NCBI GenBank assembly: GCA_903857825.1
Contig: CAIOGI010000001.1
Coordinates: 127,410 to 191,409 of the forward strand
Origin: Candidatus Tayloriibacteriota bacterium
GTDB taxonomy: Bacteria; Patescibacteriota; Minisyncoccia; Phycocordibacterales; PALSA-1337
Reading direction: 5' to 3'
Length of the DNA: 64,000 nt
Below are positions 17,486 to 26,750 of the stretch, in pieces (the first letter of the stretch is position 1; each line of letters begins with the position of its first letter). The notes below the pieces were generated by a model. That model ran no database searches and was not told the origin of the DNA. It saw only the letters and a program-made list of their open reading frames with translations. The position numbers were made by a program, and so were the translations under genes.

Positions 17486-18694
17486 ATGAAAGATCCACAA
17501 ATAAAAAAACTAATAGAGGCTGAAAAGAAGAGGCAAAAGAAGGTTGTAAACCTTATCGCATCAGAGAATTATGTATCAAATGATGTGTTGGAAGCCCTTG
17601 GATCTATTTTTGATAATAAATACGCTGAAGGGTACCCACACGCTAGATATTACGGTGGACAGCCAAATACGGATAAGCTTGAAATTTTGTGCCAAGAGAG
17701 AGCTCTTAAGCTTTTTAAATTAAATAATGATAAATGGCGCGTGAACGTTCAGCCACTTTCTGGAGGTCCAGCAAACTTGGCGGTTTATCTCGCACTTGTA
17801 GAACAAGGTCAAAAAATAATGGGGTTGCCTCTTACTTCTGGCGGACACCTCTCCCATGGACAGAAAGTATCTATAACAGGAAAGGTTTGGCAACAATTAC
17901 CAATAGCTATAAATCCGACAACTGAACTTATTGACTATGAAAAGATGAAAGAAGATGCAATAAAGGAAAAGCCAATACTCGTGGTTGTAGGATTTACAGC
18001 ATATCCGCGAATTGTTGATTTCAAAAAGTGTAGAGAAATAGCAGATTCTTGTGGAGCATATCTCATGGTTGATATGTCGCATTTTGCGGGGTTGGTTGCT
18101 GGTGAAGCATATCCATCACCTTTTGGTTACGCTGATGTTGTAACTACTACTACACACAAGACATTACGAGGTCCTCGCAGCGCAATTATTTTTTCAAGAC
18201 TTGATAAAATGAAAACAGGATATAAAAACAAAGAGGGCAAGGAAGTAAGTATTTCTACTTTTATCGATAAAGCTATTTTCCCCGGAATACAAGGAGGTCC
18301 TCATATGGGTCAAGTGGCTGGTGTCGCTGTGGCATTGAAAGAGGCAGATTCTCCAGCTTTCAAAAAATACGCAAAACAAGTTGTGAAGAATGCGCAAACT
18401 TTAGCAAATACTTTAAAGTCTCTCGGATGGAAAGTGATATCTGGCGGAACCGACTCTCATCTTGTGCTCGTAGATACATGGATGGATGGAAAGGGTATAA
18501 GCGGTTCTGAGGCAGAGAAGCGTCTAGAAATGCACAATATTATTGTTAATAAGAACACAGTTCCTGGTGAGAAGCGGTCCTCCTTTGATCCATCAGGTAT
18601 TCGTATGGGAAGCCCAGCGGAGACAACTAGAGGTAAGAAAGAAAAGGATTTTAAAAAGATTGCAGAGGAGATTGACAAAGTTTTGAGAAAATAA
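17486..18694 (+). CDS. glyA: serine hydroxymethyltransferase
   Basis: PLP-lysine region VVTTTTHKTLRGPRS; full-length SHMT pattern. Confidence 0.9.
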   Translation: MKDPQIKKLIEAEKKRQKKVVNLIASENYVSNDVLEALGSIFDNKYAEGYPHARYYGGQPNTDKLEILCQERALKLFKLNNDKWRVNVQPLSGGPANLAVYLALVEQGQKIMGLPLTSGGHLSHGQKVSITGKVWQQLPIAINPTTELIDYEKMKEDAIKEKPILVVVGFTAYPRIVDFKKCREIADSCGAYLMVDMSHFAGLVAGEAYPSPFGYADVVTTTTHKTLRGPRSAIIFSRLDKMKTGYKNKEGKEVSISTFIDKAIFPGIQGGPHMGQVAGVAVALKEADSPAFKKYAKQVVKNAQTLANTLKSLGWKVISGGTDSHLVLVDTWMDGKGISGSEAEKRLEMHNIIVNKNTVPGEKRSSFDPSGIRMGSPAETTRGKKEKDFKKIAEEIDKVLRK

Positions 18695-18708
18695 AAATGC
18701 AATAAATT

Positions 18709-20445
18709 ATGACAGACAAATTAAAAAAGGCTATAGCAATAGCCACAGAAAAACAGGGAATTACTAATTCGATCATAAATCTCGAACATCCAGAGGACAA
18801 TGCTTTCGGTGATTTTTCTAGTAATGTTGCCTTGGTATATTCAAAACAGCTGAAGGTTGCTCCGAAAGTTCTAGCTGAGAAGATAATAGAGGAATTAAAA
18901 AAGGAAAATATTGAAGAAGTGTCGTCTGTCGAGCTTGCCGGTCCAGGATTTATAAATATAAAAATTAAGGATGCGTATTTTGTAAAAGGCATCGCTGACT
19001 TGGCAAAACAAGGCGAGACCGTCGGGAAAATTACAAAGGATGCTGGTAGGAAAGTGATGGTAGAGTATACTGACCCAAATCCCTTCAAGATTTTTCACAT
19101 TGGACACTTGATGGCAAATACTGTTGGTGAATCACTAGCTAGAATAACGGAATTTTCTGGCGCAGAAGTGATACGCGCTTGTTATCAAGGTGATGTTGGC
19201 CTTCATGTGGCAAAGACTATGTGGGGGATCATTAATTTTGTTAAAGAACATAATCCTATACCAAGAGATGAATCAACTCTTGTCGAAAAGGTTTCATACA
19301 TGGGAAAGGCGTACGTCTACGGTAATCAATTCTATGAAACAGACGCAGAATGTAAGAGAGAAATCACAGAGATTAATGGATTAATATATAGTAAAATATT
19401 TCAGTCAGAAACATTTCCGATATTTAAGAAAGAATACGATTGGGGTCTTAAGATAAGTCTTGAATACTTTGATACTGTTTATAAAAAGCTTGGAACAAAG
19501 TTCGACAAATTCTATTTTGAAAGCGAGGTTGCTCTCGATGGAGTAAAAATCGTAAAAGAATTTCTTGCAAAAGGAGTTTTTGAAAATAGTGAAGGGGCTA
19601 TTGTTTTCCCTGGCGAAAAGCACGGTGAACACACACGCGTATTTATTAACTCTCAAGGATTGCCTACTTATGAGGCGAAGGAGCTTGGTTTGACTATGAA
19701 AAAGTTCGGGGATTTTCCAGGACTCTCAGAATCCATTGCTGTTACCGCCAATGAACAGAATGCATATTTTAAAGTTATTATCGCTGCATTTGGAGTTATG
19801 TATCCAGAAATTGCATCAAAGATGAAACATCTCAGTCACGGAATACTTCGTCCTTCTTCTGGCAAGATGTCTTCTCGAAAGGGCAATGTGGTTTCTGCTG
19901 AAGTTTTGCTCGAGGAATTCGAATCTTTAGTTGAAGAAAAGTTAAAGGATAGAAAGTTCACCACAGAGGAACATGATGAAGTACGACGCGTCGTAGCTGT
20001 GGCCGCTTTGAAATTTACTATTCTTCGTCAGGCTATCGGTGGGGATATTATCTATGATCCAACAAAGGCAGTCTCTTTCGAAGGGGATAGTGGTCCGTAT
20101 TTACAGTATGCGACCGTCCGTGCGAATGCAGTTATAGCGAAAGCAAAGGAGGCTGGTGTATCAGAGGCTGTTGTGAAAACTCCAGAAAAAGTTGAATTGT
20201 TAGAAAAGTTACTTATTCGTTTCCCAGAAATAATAGAAAGAGCGCGTCTAGAATACGCCCCGCATCACATAGTTACTTATCTAGTAAATCTCGCTTCGGA
20301 GTTCAATTCCTATTATGCAAATAATCAAATAGTAAGTACGACTGACGAGCTCTCGCCATATAGAGTTTCGCTTGCAAAAGTTTTTGCGCAAGTAATGAAA
20401 AATGGTTTATGGGTATTAGGAATCAAGGTGCCGGAGAGGATGTAG
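18709..20445 (+). CDS. argS: arginyl-tRNA synthetase
   Basis: HIGH-type motif (PFKIFHIGHLMAN) and KMSSRKG (KMSKS); class I ArgS length and C-terminal DALR-like domain. Confidence 0.9.
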   Translation: MTDKLKKAIAIATEKQGITNSIINLEHPEDNAFGDFSSNVALVYSKQLKVAPKVLAEKIIEELKKENIEEVSSVELAGPGFINIKIKDAYFVKGIADLAKQGETVGKITKDAGRKVMVEYTDPNPFKIFHIGHLMANTVGESLARITEFSGAEVIRACYQGDVGLHVAKTMWGIINFVKEHNPIPRDESTLVEKVSYMGKAYVYGNQFYETDAECKREITEINGLIYSKIFQSETFPIFKKEYDWGLKISLEYFDTVYKKLGTKFDKFYFESEVALDGVKIVKEFLAKGVFENSEGAIVFPGEKHGEHTRVFINSQGLPTYEAKELGLTMKKFGDFPGLSESIAVTANEQNAYFKVIIAAFGVMYPEIASKMKHLSHGILRPSSGKMSSRKGNVVSAEVLLEEFESLVEEKLKDRKFTTEEHDEVRRVVAVAALKFTILRQAIGGDIIYDPTKAVSFEGDSGPYLQYATVRANAVIAKAKEAGVSEAVVKTPEKVELLEKLLIRFPEIIERARLEYAPHHIVTYLVNLASEFNSYYANNQIVSTTDELSPYRVSLAKVFAQVMKNGLWVLGIKVPERM

Positions 20446-20448
20446 ATT

Positions 20449-20970
20449 TTACTCATTAAATCCAATTCTTACAGCTGATGGAAGCATTTCCTTTTTTGGC
20501 TCACTAAGCAGTTTCTTTATCGCCTTGAATATAATTTGAAAGTTTTCACCGTATTCCTTTTCCATTTTTTCAATTTTATTACGTATCTCGGAATTAGAGG
20601 ACATAATCTCTCTTAATTTTACAAATGTTCTCATGATTTGAATGTTAACATGTATTGCTCTGGTACTATTCAATATACCAGAAAGCATAGCAATTCCTTG
20701 TTCAGTAAAGACATAAGGGGTATGACCACCTAAATATTTTCTAGATGGTATCACATTTTGTGATACCATGGTGTCAATTTCGTCTTCATTTAGTTTGAAC
20801 ATAAAGTCATCTGGTAGACGCTCAATATTCCTTTTAATCTGTTGTCGTAGAACAATAGGCTTAACCTCGTAAAGCATTGCTATGTCTTTATCGAGTATAA
20901 CTTTTTTACCTCTTACAAACATGATTTTGCTTTGAATAATTTCCTCCGGAATAATTTCTTTATTTATCAT
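20449..20970 (-). CDS. ORF6N-domain protein (phage/mobile-element associated DNA-binding domain)
   Basis: ...IMFVRGKKVILDKDIAMLYEVKPIVLRQQIKRNIERLPDDFMFKLNEDEIDTM...YVFTEQGIAMLSGILNSTRAIHVNIQIMRTF is the ORF6N signature. Confidence 0.6.
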   Translation of the reverse strand: MINKEIIPEEIIQSKIMFVRGKKVILDKDIAMLYEVKPIVLRQQIKRNIERLPDDFMFKLNEDEIDTMVSQNVIPSRKYLGGHTPYVFTEQGIAMLSGILNSTRAIHVNIQIMRTFVKLREIMSSNSEIRNKIEKMEKEYGENFQIIFKAIKKLLSEPKKEMLPSAVRIGFNE

Positions 20971-21012
20971 ATTTTATAATTAAATTAATAATTTAAATAC
21001 TCTAGCAAAAAG

Positions 21013-21058
21013 TCATTAAGAAATTATAAAGAAGTTTTTAAGATTCGATAAAGATTTG
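21013..21058. repeat. diverged third copy of the ~45-nt repeat that flanks tatD
   Basis: cattaagaaattataaagaagtttttaagattcgataaagatttgga versus 34142-34183 aagaaattataaatttattcttaagatttgataaagatttta. Confidence 0.4.
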
Positions 21059-21117
21059 GATTGGACAATACGAAGTCTGTAGGTGGCAATGGCAGAGGAG
21101 AGGATGTAGCCTTGTGT

Positions 21118-21720
21118 CTATCGTCTTTTTCTCACAATTTTATTTAATGCAATTCTGAAATCTAAATCTAGTAGTTCAATAATGTCGCTGATTTTTCTTT
21201 TTCCTATTTCTCTTTCGAGGACTTTTGGTAAAGAGGCAAAAAAGCGAAATACATCAAGAAATTTTACTAATTTAGGTAGGGAACCATCGCCCACACTCCA
21301 TCCTAATTCATTGGCCTTACTTCCAAGTTCATCGATCGTCTTATCTCTAATTTCCGAGTAACGTTTAACAAGTTCAACTAAATTGTCAGCTGTATTCGCC
21401 GCAGATTTTTCCCAATCTTTTAGATATGCTTTTAGAATACCTTTTTCATATTTATCACGGTCTTCGTATTTTATTCTTCTAGTTTCCTCTTCGACAGTTT
21501 TTATCACCTCATACATTTCTTTGTATGTAACACTTAACTTCTTCATTTTTTTGTCTACCGTATCCTTTTCGGAATTGTCAGTTGCTACATCAACCCCAAT
21601 GATAGCACGAGCACAAACACCACTTAGACTCCTACCTCTAATACTGTTGTGGTCTATTATTTCTCCACGTATCCCCCAGAATTCTCTCATTCCAGTAACT
21701 CGATTTGTCCTTTCTGTCAT
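21118..21720 (-). CDS. hypothetical protein
   Basis: 200-aa ORF, charged/helical, with no motif I can assign. Confidence 0.35.
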   Translation of the reverse strand: MTERTNRVTGMREFWGIRGEIIDHNSIRGRSLSGVCARAIIGVDVATDNSEKDTVDKKMKKLSVTYKEMYEVIKTVEEETRRIKYEDRDKYEKGILKAYLKDWEKSAANTADNLVELVKRYSEIRDKTIDELGSKANELGWSVGDGSLPKLVKFLDVFRFFASLPKVLEREIGKRKISDIIELLDLDFRIALNKIVRKRR

Positions 21721-21770
21721 TTGGGCAAAATAATGCCAATCAACTATTTCATTCGATAGTTCGTTATCAA

Positions 21771-22022
21771 CTAGTGTTTTTGTTCATCATCTTTTCTGCC
21801 AAAGTTGGGACTGGTTATTGACGATAGAGCAAGCTCGGTCAAGTCAGACAATTGTTGAACTGTTAGATGTTCTTCCATAAGCTCCCTATGTAGGTTTGTT
21901 AGAAACTGTTGTCTCAAAACCTCTTGACCTTCTATTTTCTCCACAACATCTGGTGTTTCCGGTGCTTCTTCCGCCTGATGATCAAATCTTCTCTCAAAAC
22001 CTGGTGGTAGTAACTTGTGCAT
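21771..22022 (-). CDS. hypothetical small acidic protein
   Basis: 83-aa ORF; coding status uncertain. Confidence 0.25.
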   Translation of the reverse strand: MHKLLPPGFERRFDHQAEEAPETPDVVEKIEGQEVLRQQFLTNLHRELMEEHLTVQQLSDLTELALSSITSPNFGRKDDEQKH

Positions 22023-22121
22023 ATAAATTATTTAGATTATTGAATAATATAATAGCATAGATTATGACGGTTTGTCTTACATGTTTTCTAAAATTCATCA
22101 AAAATGCTAGAATAAAAACCT

Positions 22122-25100
22122 ATGAACGAAGAACAAAAACCACAAGCCTCAGAGCAGGCGAAACAAACAAATCAGCCAACACAATCATCAAATCCACCCA
22201 TTCAAAAGTCCAAGATTTCTGAAACTGAGGAAAAGATTCTTGCATTCTGGGAAAAGAATGAGATTTTCAAAAAATCACTAGAAAAGCCATCACCAAAAGG
22301 GGAGTTCGTCTTTTATGATGGACCACCTTTCGCTACTGGAGAGCCACATTATGGTCACGTAGTTCCAGGTACCGTAAAGGACGTCATACCACGCTTCAAG
22401 ACCATGCAGGGATATCATGTGCCTCGTCGTTGGGGTTGGGATTGTCATGGCTTGCCAGTAGAAAATATTGTTGAGAAGGAACTCAAGCTCGCTTCAAAGA
22501 AAGACATCGTTGACTACGGTATTGGAAATTTCAATGCAAAGGCACAGGGCAGTGTGATGCGATATGCAGATGATTGGAGAAGAATAATTCCTCGTCTAGG
22601 AAGATGGGCGGATATGGATGATGATTATAGAACAATGGATGCTACTTACACTGAGTCAGTATGGTGGGCTTTTTCTGAACTCCACAAGAAGGGTTTGATA
22701 TACGAGGGATTCAAGTCAATGAATCTGTGTCCTCGTTGTGAGACCACACTTTCAAATTTCGAAGTGAGTCAGGGTTATAAAGACATAACAGATATTTCAG
22801 TTACTGTTGAATTTAAATTAAAAGGAGAGCAAAATATTTCTTTCCTTGCTTGGACAACTACACCTTGGACTTTGCCTGGGAATGTTGCTCTAGCTGTTAA
22901 TCCTAAGTTTGACTATGTAGAGATCGAGAAGAAAGATGAAGGCAAGGGAGAACTGGTCAGGTTTATTCTCGGAAAAGATAGATTGAAAAGCGTATTCAAA
23001 GATGATCAATATACTGTTGTCCGAGAAATGAAGGGCTCAGAACTCGTGGGCAAGTCATACGAGCCGGTTTTTGATTATTATTCAAATGACAAGAAACTCA
23101 AGAATATAGAAAATGGCTGGAAGGTCTATGAAGCTGATTTCGTAACCACGGAAGATGGTACTGGCATTGTTCATATTGCTCCTGCTTTTGGTGGAGATGA
23201 TTACGAACTTTCCTTAAAGCACAACTTACCTTTCATACAACATGTTGGCACAAACGGTAAATTCAAAAGTGAGGTTAAGGATTTTGCAGGACAAGATGTA
23301 AAGCCAATAGATACAAAGGAAGAGAAAGACGCACATCAAAAGGCTGATATTGAAATCATTAAGCACCTTGCTCATAATGGAAGTCTTTTTGCGAAAGAGA
23401 AACTTATACACTCATATCCACATTGTTGGAGATGCAATACTCCGCTGTTAAATTATGCTGCATCGTCTTGGTTTGTGAAGGTAACTGCTTTACGCGACAA
23501 GCTTGTGAAGGAAAACAAGAAAGTAAAATGGATTCCAGAGGAAATCGGAGAGGGAAGATTTGGTAATTGGCTTCTCGGAGCTCGAGATTGGGCTATTTCA
23601 CGTTCAAGATTCTGGGGTGCACCACTACCAGTATGGAGAGATGAAAAGACAGAGGAAATAAAGGTCCTTTCATCGGTTGAAGATTTAAAGAAATATAGTA
23701 GACCAAAAAACACATACTTTGTATGTCGTCATGGAGAAGCGGACAATAACACAAAGTCCATCATAAGTTCTCTTGCTACAAACCCACATCATCTTTCTGA
23801 AAAGGGTAAGGTTCAAGCGGCCGAAGCTGGAAAGTGGCTTCACGACAAGAAAATTGACCTTATTATCTCTTCACCTTTCTTGCGAACCAGAGAAACTGCA
23901 GAAATAATTGCTAATAAAATAGGTTACGATGTAAAGAAAATAATTTTCGAAAATAAAATTGGTGAAATAAATGCGGGGGTTTGGAATAATAAATCACTCG
24001 ACGACTTTATTGTTTTTTTCAAGGGTCAGGATAGATTCGTGGCGACTCCAGAAGGGGGAGAGAATTATGTGGACATAAAGAAAAGAGTTGGTGACTTTAT
24101 CTATGCTCTTGAAAACAAGTATAAGGACAAGAAAATTTTGATTGTCACTCACGATACTCCAATGCTCCTGCTAAAGACAGTTGCGCTAGGACTAAACAGG
24201 GAAGAGTCAAATAAATTACACAAAATGCATCAGGATGAAAAGCATTATAATAGCAATGCAAAGCCTTTTAGTCTTGATTTTCATCCATTACCTCACAATG
24301 CTGAATACGAATTAGACTTACACCGACCTTTCATTGATGATATAGAACTAACTTCTGAAAAGGGGAATAGATTAAAAAGAATTCCAGAGGTGTTTGATTG
24401 TTGGTTCGAGTCCGGAGCTATGCCTTTTGGATCAAATCATTATCCATTTGATAAATGCAATTTCAATCCTAAGCCAGGTCCATTCAGCAAAATTCTTGGT
24501 AAGACAAAGGGATATCCCGCAGACTTTATCGCAGAAGGTCTGGATCAAACCCGTGGCTGGTTCTATTCTATGCTTGTCTTAGGCGTGGCATTGTTCGATA
24601 AGTCTCCATTCAAGAAAGTTGTTGTAAATGGCCTAGTCCTCGCAGAAGATGGTCAGAAAATGTCCAAGTCAAAGAAAAACTATCCTGATTTAATGTTAAT
24701 TGTTAATAAGTATGGCGCAGATGCTTTGAGATATTATCTCATGTCTTCACCAGTCGTACATGCGCAGGATTCCTGCTTTATAGAAAAAGGAGTTGATGAA
24801 GTTGTGAAGAAGCATATTGGTCGCCTAAACAATGTCGTCACATTCTACGAAATGTATGCTACTGCCCCTGTAAAAGACGTGGCAAGTACAAATGTATTAG
24901 ATATTTGGATAATGACTAGACTTGCAGAACTTACGAAAGAAGTTACAGAAAATCTCGAGAAATATGAAATCGATAGAGCAGTCAGACCTTTTGCTGATTT
25001 TATCGACGATCTTTCTACTTGGTATTTGCGACGATCTCGAGATCGTTTCAAGGGTGATAATGAAAAGGACAAAGAGATGGCCTTGGCTACGACTCGTAAT

Positions 25101-25721
25101 GTTATTCTTGGCTTGGTGAAACTTCTCGCACCATTTATGCCTTTTGTTGCAGACGATATTTATCTAAGGGTGAAGGATAAAGAAAATCTACTGAAGGAGA
25201 GTGTTCACTTAGAGTCATGGCCTGAGGTAAAGAAATTTGATTCAAAGATAATTGAGTCAATGTCTGAAGTTAGAAAGGTTGCGTCTCTTGGTCTAGAAGC
25301 TAGAATGAAAGCGAAGATAAATGTGCGCCAACCTTTAGCTAGAATAAGTGTCGAGTCTATTTTGCCTGCAGAATTTTTTGATCTTATAAAAGATGAAGTG
25401 AATGTAAAAGAAATAGTTTCTGATCATACCCTTGCGGGGCAGGTGGCTCTCGATCTCGTTATTACTCCAGAGTTAAAAGAGGAAGGAACTATTCGTGAGC
25501 TGATACGAGCTGTTCAGGATTTGAGAAAGGAAAGAGGTTTGACTATACAAGATCGTGTCGTCTTAACTGTTGATACCGAAAAGACATTTGCTGATTTAAT
25601 TGAAAAAAATAAAAACACTATTTCTAGTGCTACGCTTTTGAAAGATATTGTTTTTGGAAAGTTGGGAGGTGAAGCTGTAAATATCGGGGATATGATGGTG
25701 AAGATAGAGGTGGGGAGGTAG
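22122..25721 (+). CDS. ileS: isoleucyl-tRNA synthetase carrying an inserted histidine phosphatase (PGM-family) domain
   Basis: HIGH motif PHYGHV; the HCWRC region; ISRSRFWGAPLPVW; DCWFESG; KMSKSKKN; C-terminal anticodon-binding region. Between ISRSRFWG and DCWFESG there is a ~180-aa block with RHGE (CRHGEADNN), SSPFLRTRETAEII, and IVTHDTPM. Confidence 0.9.
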   Translation: MNEEQKPQASEQAKQTNQPTQSSNPPIQKSKISETEEKILAFWEKNEIFKKSLEKPSPKGEFVFYDGPPFATGEPHYGHVVPGTVKDVIPRFKTMQGYHVPRRWGWDCHGLPVENIVEKELKLASKKDIVDYGIGNFNAKAQGSVMRYADDWRRIIPRLGRWADMDDDYRTMDATYTESVWWAFSELHKKGLIYEGFKSMNLCPRCETTLSNFEVSQGYKDITDISVTVEFKLKGEQNISFLAWTTTPWTLPGNVALAVNPKFDYVEIEKKDEGKGELVRFILGKDRLKSVFKDDQYTVVREMKGSELVGKSYEPVFDYYSNDKKLKNIENGWKVYEADFVTTEDGTGIVHIAPAFGGDDYELSLKHNLPFIQHVGTNGKFKSEVKDFAGQDVKPIDTKEEKDAHQKADIEIIKHLAHNGSLFAKEKLIHSYPHCWRCNTPLLNYAASSWFVKVTALRDKLVKENKKVKWIPEEIGEGRFGNWLLGARDWAISRSRFWGAPLPVWRDEKTEEIKVLSSVEDLKKYSRPKNTYFVCRHGEADNNTKSIISSLATNPHHLSEKGKVQAAEAGKWLHDKKIDLIISSPFLRTRETAEIIANKIGYDVKKIIFENKIGEINAGVWNNKSLDDFIVFFKGQDRFVATPEGGENYVDIKKRVGDFIYALENKYKDKKILIVTHDTPMLLLKTVALGLNREESNKLHKMHQDEKHYNSNAKPFSLDFHPLPHNAEYELDLHRPFIDDIELTSEKGNRLKRIPEVFDCWFESGAMPFGSNHYPFDKCNFNPKPGPFSKILGKTKGYPADFIAEGLDQTRGWFYSMLVLGVALFDKSPFKKVVVNGLVLAEDGQKMSKSKKNYPDLMLIVNKYGADALRYYLMSSPVVHAQDSCFIEKGVDEVVKKHIGRLNNVVTFYEMYATAPVKDVASTNVLDIWIMTRLAELTKEVTENLEKYEIDRAVRPFADFIDDLSTWYLRRSRDRFKGDNEKDKEMALATTRNVILGLVKLLAPFMPFVADDIYLRVKDKENLLKESVHLESWPEVKKFDSKIIESMSEVRKVASLGLEARMKAKINVRQPLARISVESILPAEFFDLIKDEVNVKEIVSDHTLAGQVALDLVITPELKEEGTIRELIRAVQDLRKERGLTIQDRVVLTVDTEKTFADLIEKNKNTISSATLLKDIVFGKLGGEAVNIGDMMVKIEVGR
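23700..24300 (+). other. embedded histidine phosphatase (phosphoglycerate-mutase family) domain within ileS
   Basis: NTYFVCRHGEADNN...LSEKGKVQAAEAGKWLHDKKIDLIISSPFLRTRETAEIIANKIGYDV...ATPEGGENYVDIKKRVGDFIYAL...ILIVTHDTPMLLL aligns block-for-block with the RHG / second-His signatures of GpmB/CobC-type phosphatases. Confidence 0.7.
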
Positions 25722-25739
25722 GGGGGTGGCAGACTAAAA

Positions 25740-26110
25740 ATAAGATAAATATAAAAGGTACCAACACTCGCTGGTACCTTGTCGGTTCTTGGTATCAGCA
25801 CTTTTTTACGCTGTACCTCGAACCCAGCCCCGATAGACATTGCTGGACTGTCCGCATCCAACTGAACTTGCAATCTCGTCTCAGTCGGCATCGATTTTTA
25901 CCTATCCTTCCGCCCCCGATTAATAATGAGGGAAGTCGTCGGAGAATCGATGGGCCAGTCTGGGCCTGTCTTCTTGTGTGGTGACCATGGCGCGCGCGGT
26001 GCGCGAGCGGCGGCGGATGGGCCCGGAAGCTCTCGGATTACCCCGGATGGTACCCGAGACCGTGCCCCGCGTGTAGTTTGGTACACCGAAGGAGACTTAC
26101 ATACCATATC
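25740..26110. other. GC-rich (~60%) structured element, candidate ncRNA of unresolved identity
   Basis: Sharp compositional island in a ~33% GC genome. It contains the hairpin ggtaccaacactcgctggtacc and stretches gagggaagtcgtcggag, ggtgcgcgagcgg and ggattaccccggatgg. The only ORFs are two overlapping Arg/Ala/Pro-rich ~70-aa frames on opposite strands. A terminator hairpin follows at 26166-26190. Confidence 0.35.
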
Positions 26111-26165
26111 ACAGCCAGTATATTTGTCAAGTGTTTTTTAATTATCCCAAATAGCTTACAATTAA

Positions 26166-26190
26166 ATGGCTAAATATAGCCATCTTTTTA
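26166..26190 (+). terminator. intrinsic terminator
   Basis: atggctaaatatagccatcttttta forms a stem atggcta/tagccat followed by a U-run. Confidence 0.45.
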
Positions 26191-26219
26191 ATTAGCTAAA
26201 TAATTGTTTTGGTATTACT

Positions 26220-26735
26220 ATGCATCACATCTACACAACTCCAGCTTTCATTGTCCACAGTGCTCCGCATGGTGAAGCGGGGAAATTTCTACTGCTTTTC
26301 ACAAAGGACTTTGGCATGATAGGTGCCGTGGCGCAGGGCATAAGACTTTCTCAGTCCAAGCTTCGCTATCATGTACAGGATTTTTCTTTTTGTATGGTTT
26401 CGATAGTGAGAGGTAAGGAGGTGTGGAGGCTTACGGGTGCGCATGAAATTGAGAAAGAAAAAAAGGTAGGTATTTTGCATATAAAAATATTAAAACTTCT
26501 CAAACGACTTCTTCAAGGGGAAGAGAAAAATGAAAATCTTTTCGGGATAGTGAAGAAATTGTATGAAAGTGAAATAATTGATGAAGAGATGATGGAATGT
26601 GTTTACATTTTAAAAATACTAAACTCCCTCGGATATGTTCCAGATGGAGATTTACAATTAATTGATAGTGCTAAAGAGAATAAGTCAAAAATTATTAAGG
26701 TGATTAACTCTGCTCTCAAAGAGAGTCAATTGTGA
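26220..26735 (+). CDS. recO: short DNA repair protein RecO (N-terminal OB-fold only)
   Basis: PAFIVHSAPHGEAGKFLLLFTKDFGMIGAVAQGIRLSQSKLRYHVQDFSFCMVSIVRGKEVWRL matches the RecO N-terminal OB-fold pattern. It is only 171 aa. Confidence 0.5.
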   Translation: MHHIYTTPAFIVHSAPHGEAGKFLLLFTKDFGMIGAVAQGIRLSQSKLRYHVQDFSFCMVSIVRGKEVWRLTGAHEIEKEKKVGILHIKILKLLKRLLQGEEKNENLFGIVKKLYESEIIDEEMMECVYILKILNSLGYVPDGDLQLIDSAKENKSKIIKVINSALKESQL

Positions 26736-26750
26736 TATAATAAAATAAAT

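Noticed and set aside
25898-26141. Two overlapping ~70-aa ORFs (25898..26107 - and 25926..26141 +) in the GC-rich island
   Set aside because: Both are Arg/Ala/Pro/Gly-rich, as expected from reading GC-rich non-coding DNA. They are mutually exclusive and unlike the surrounding AT-rich coding sequences, so they are more likely artefacts of an RNA element.
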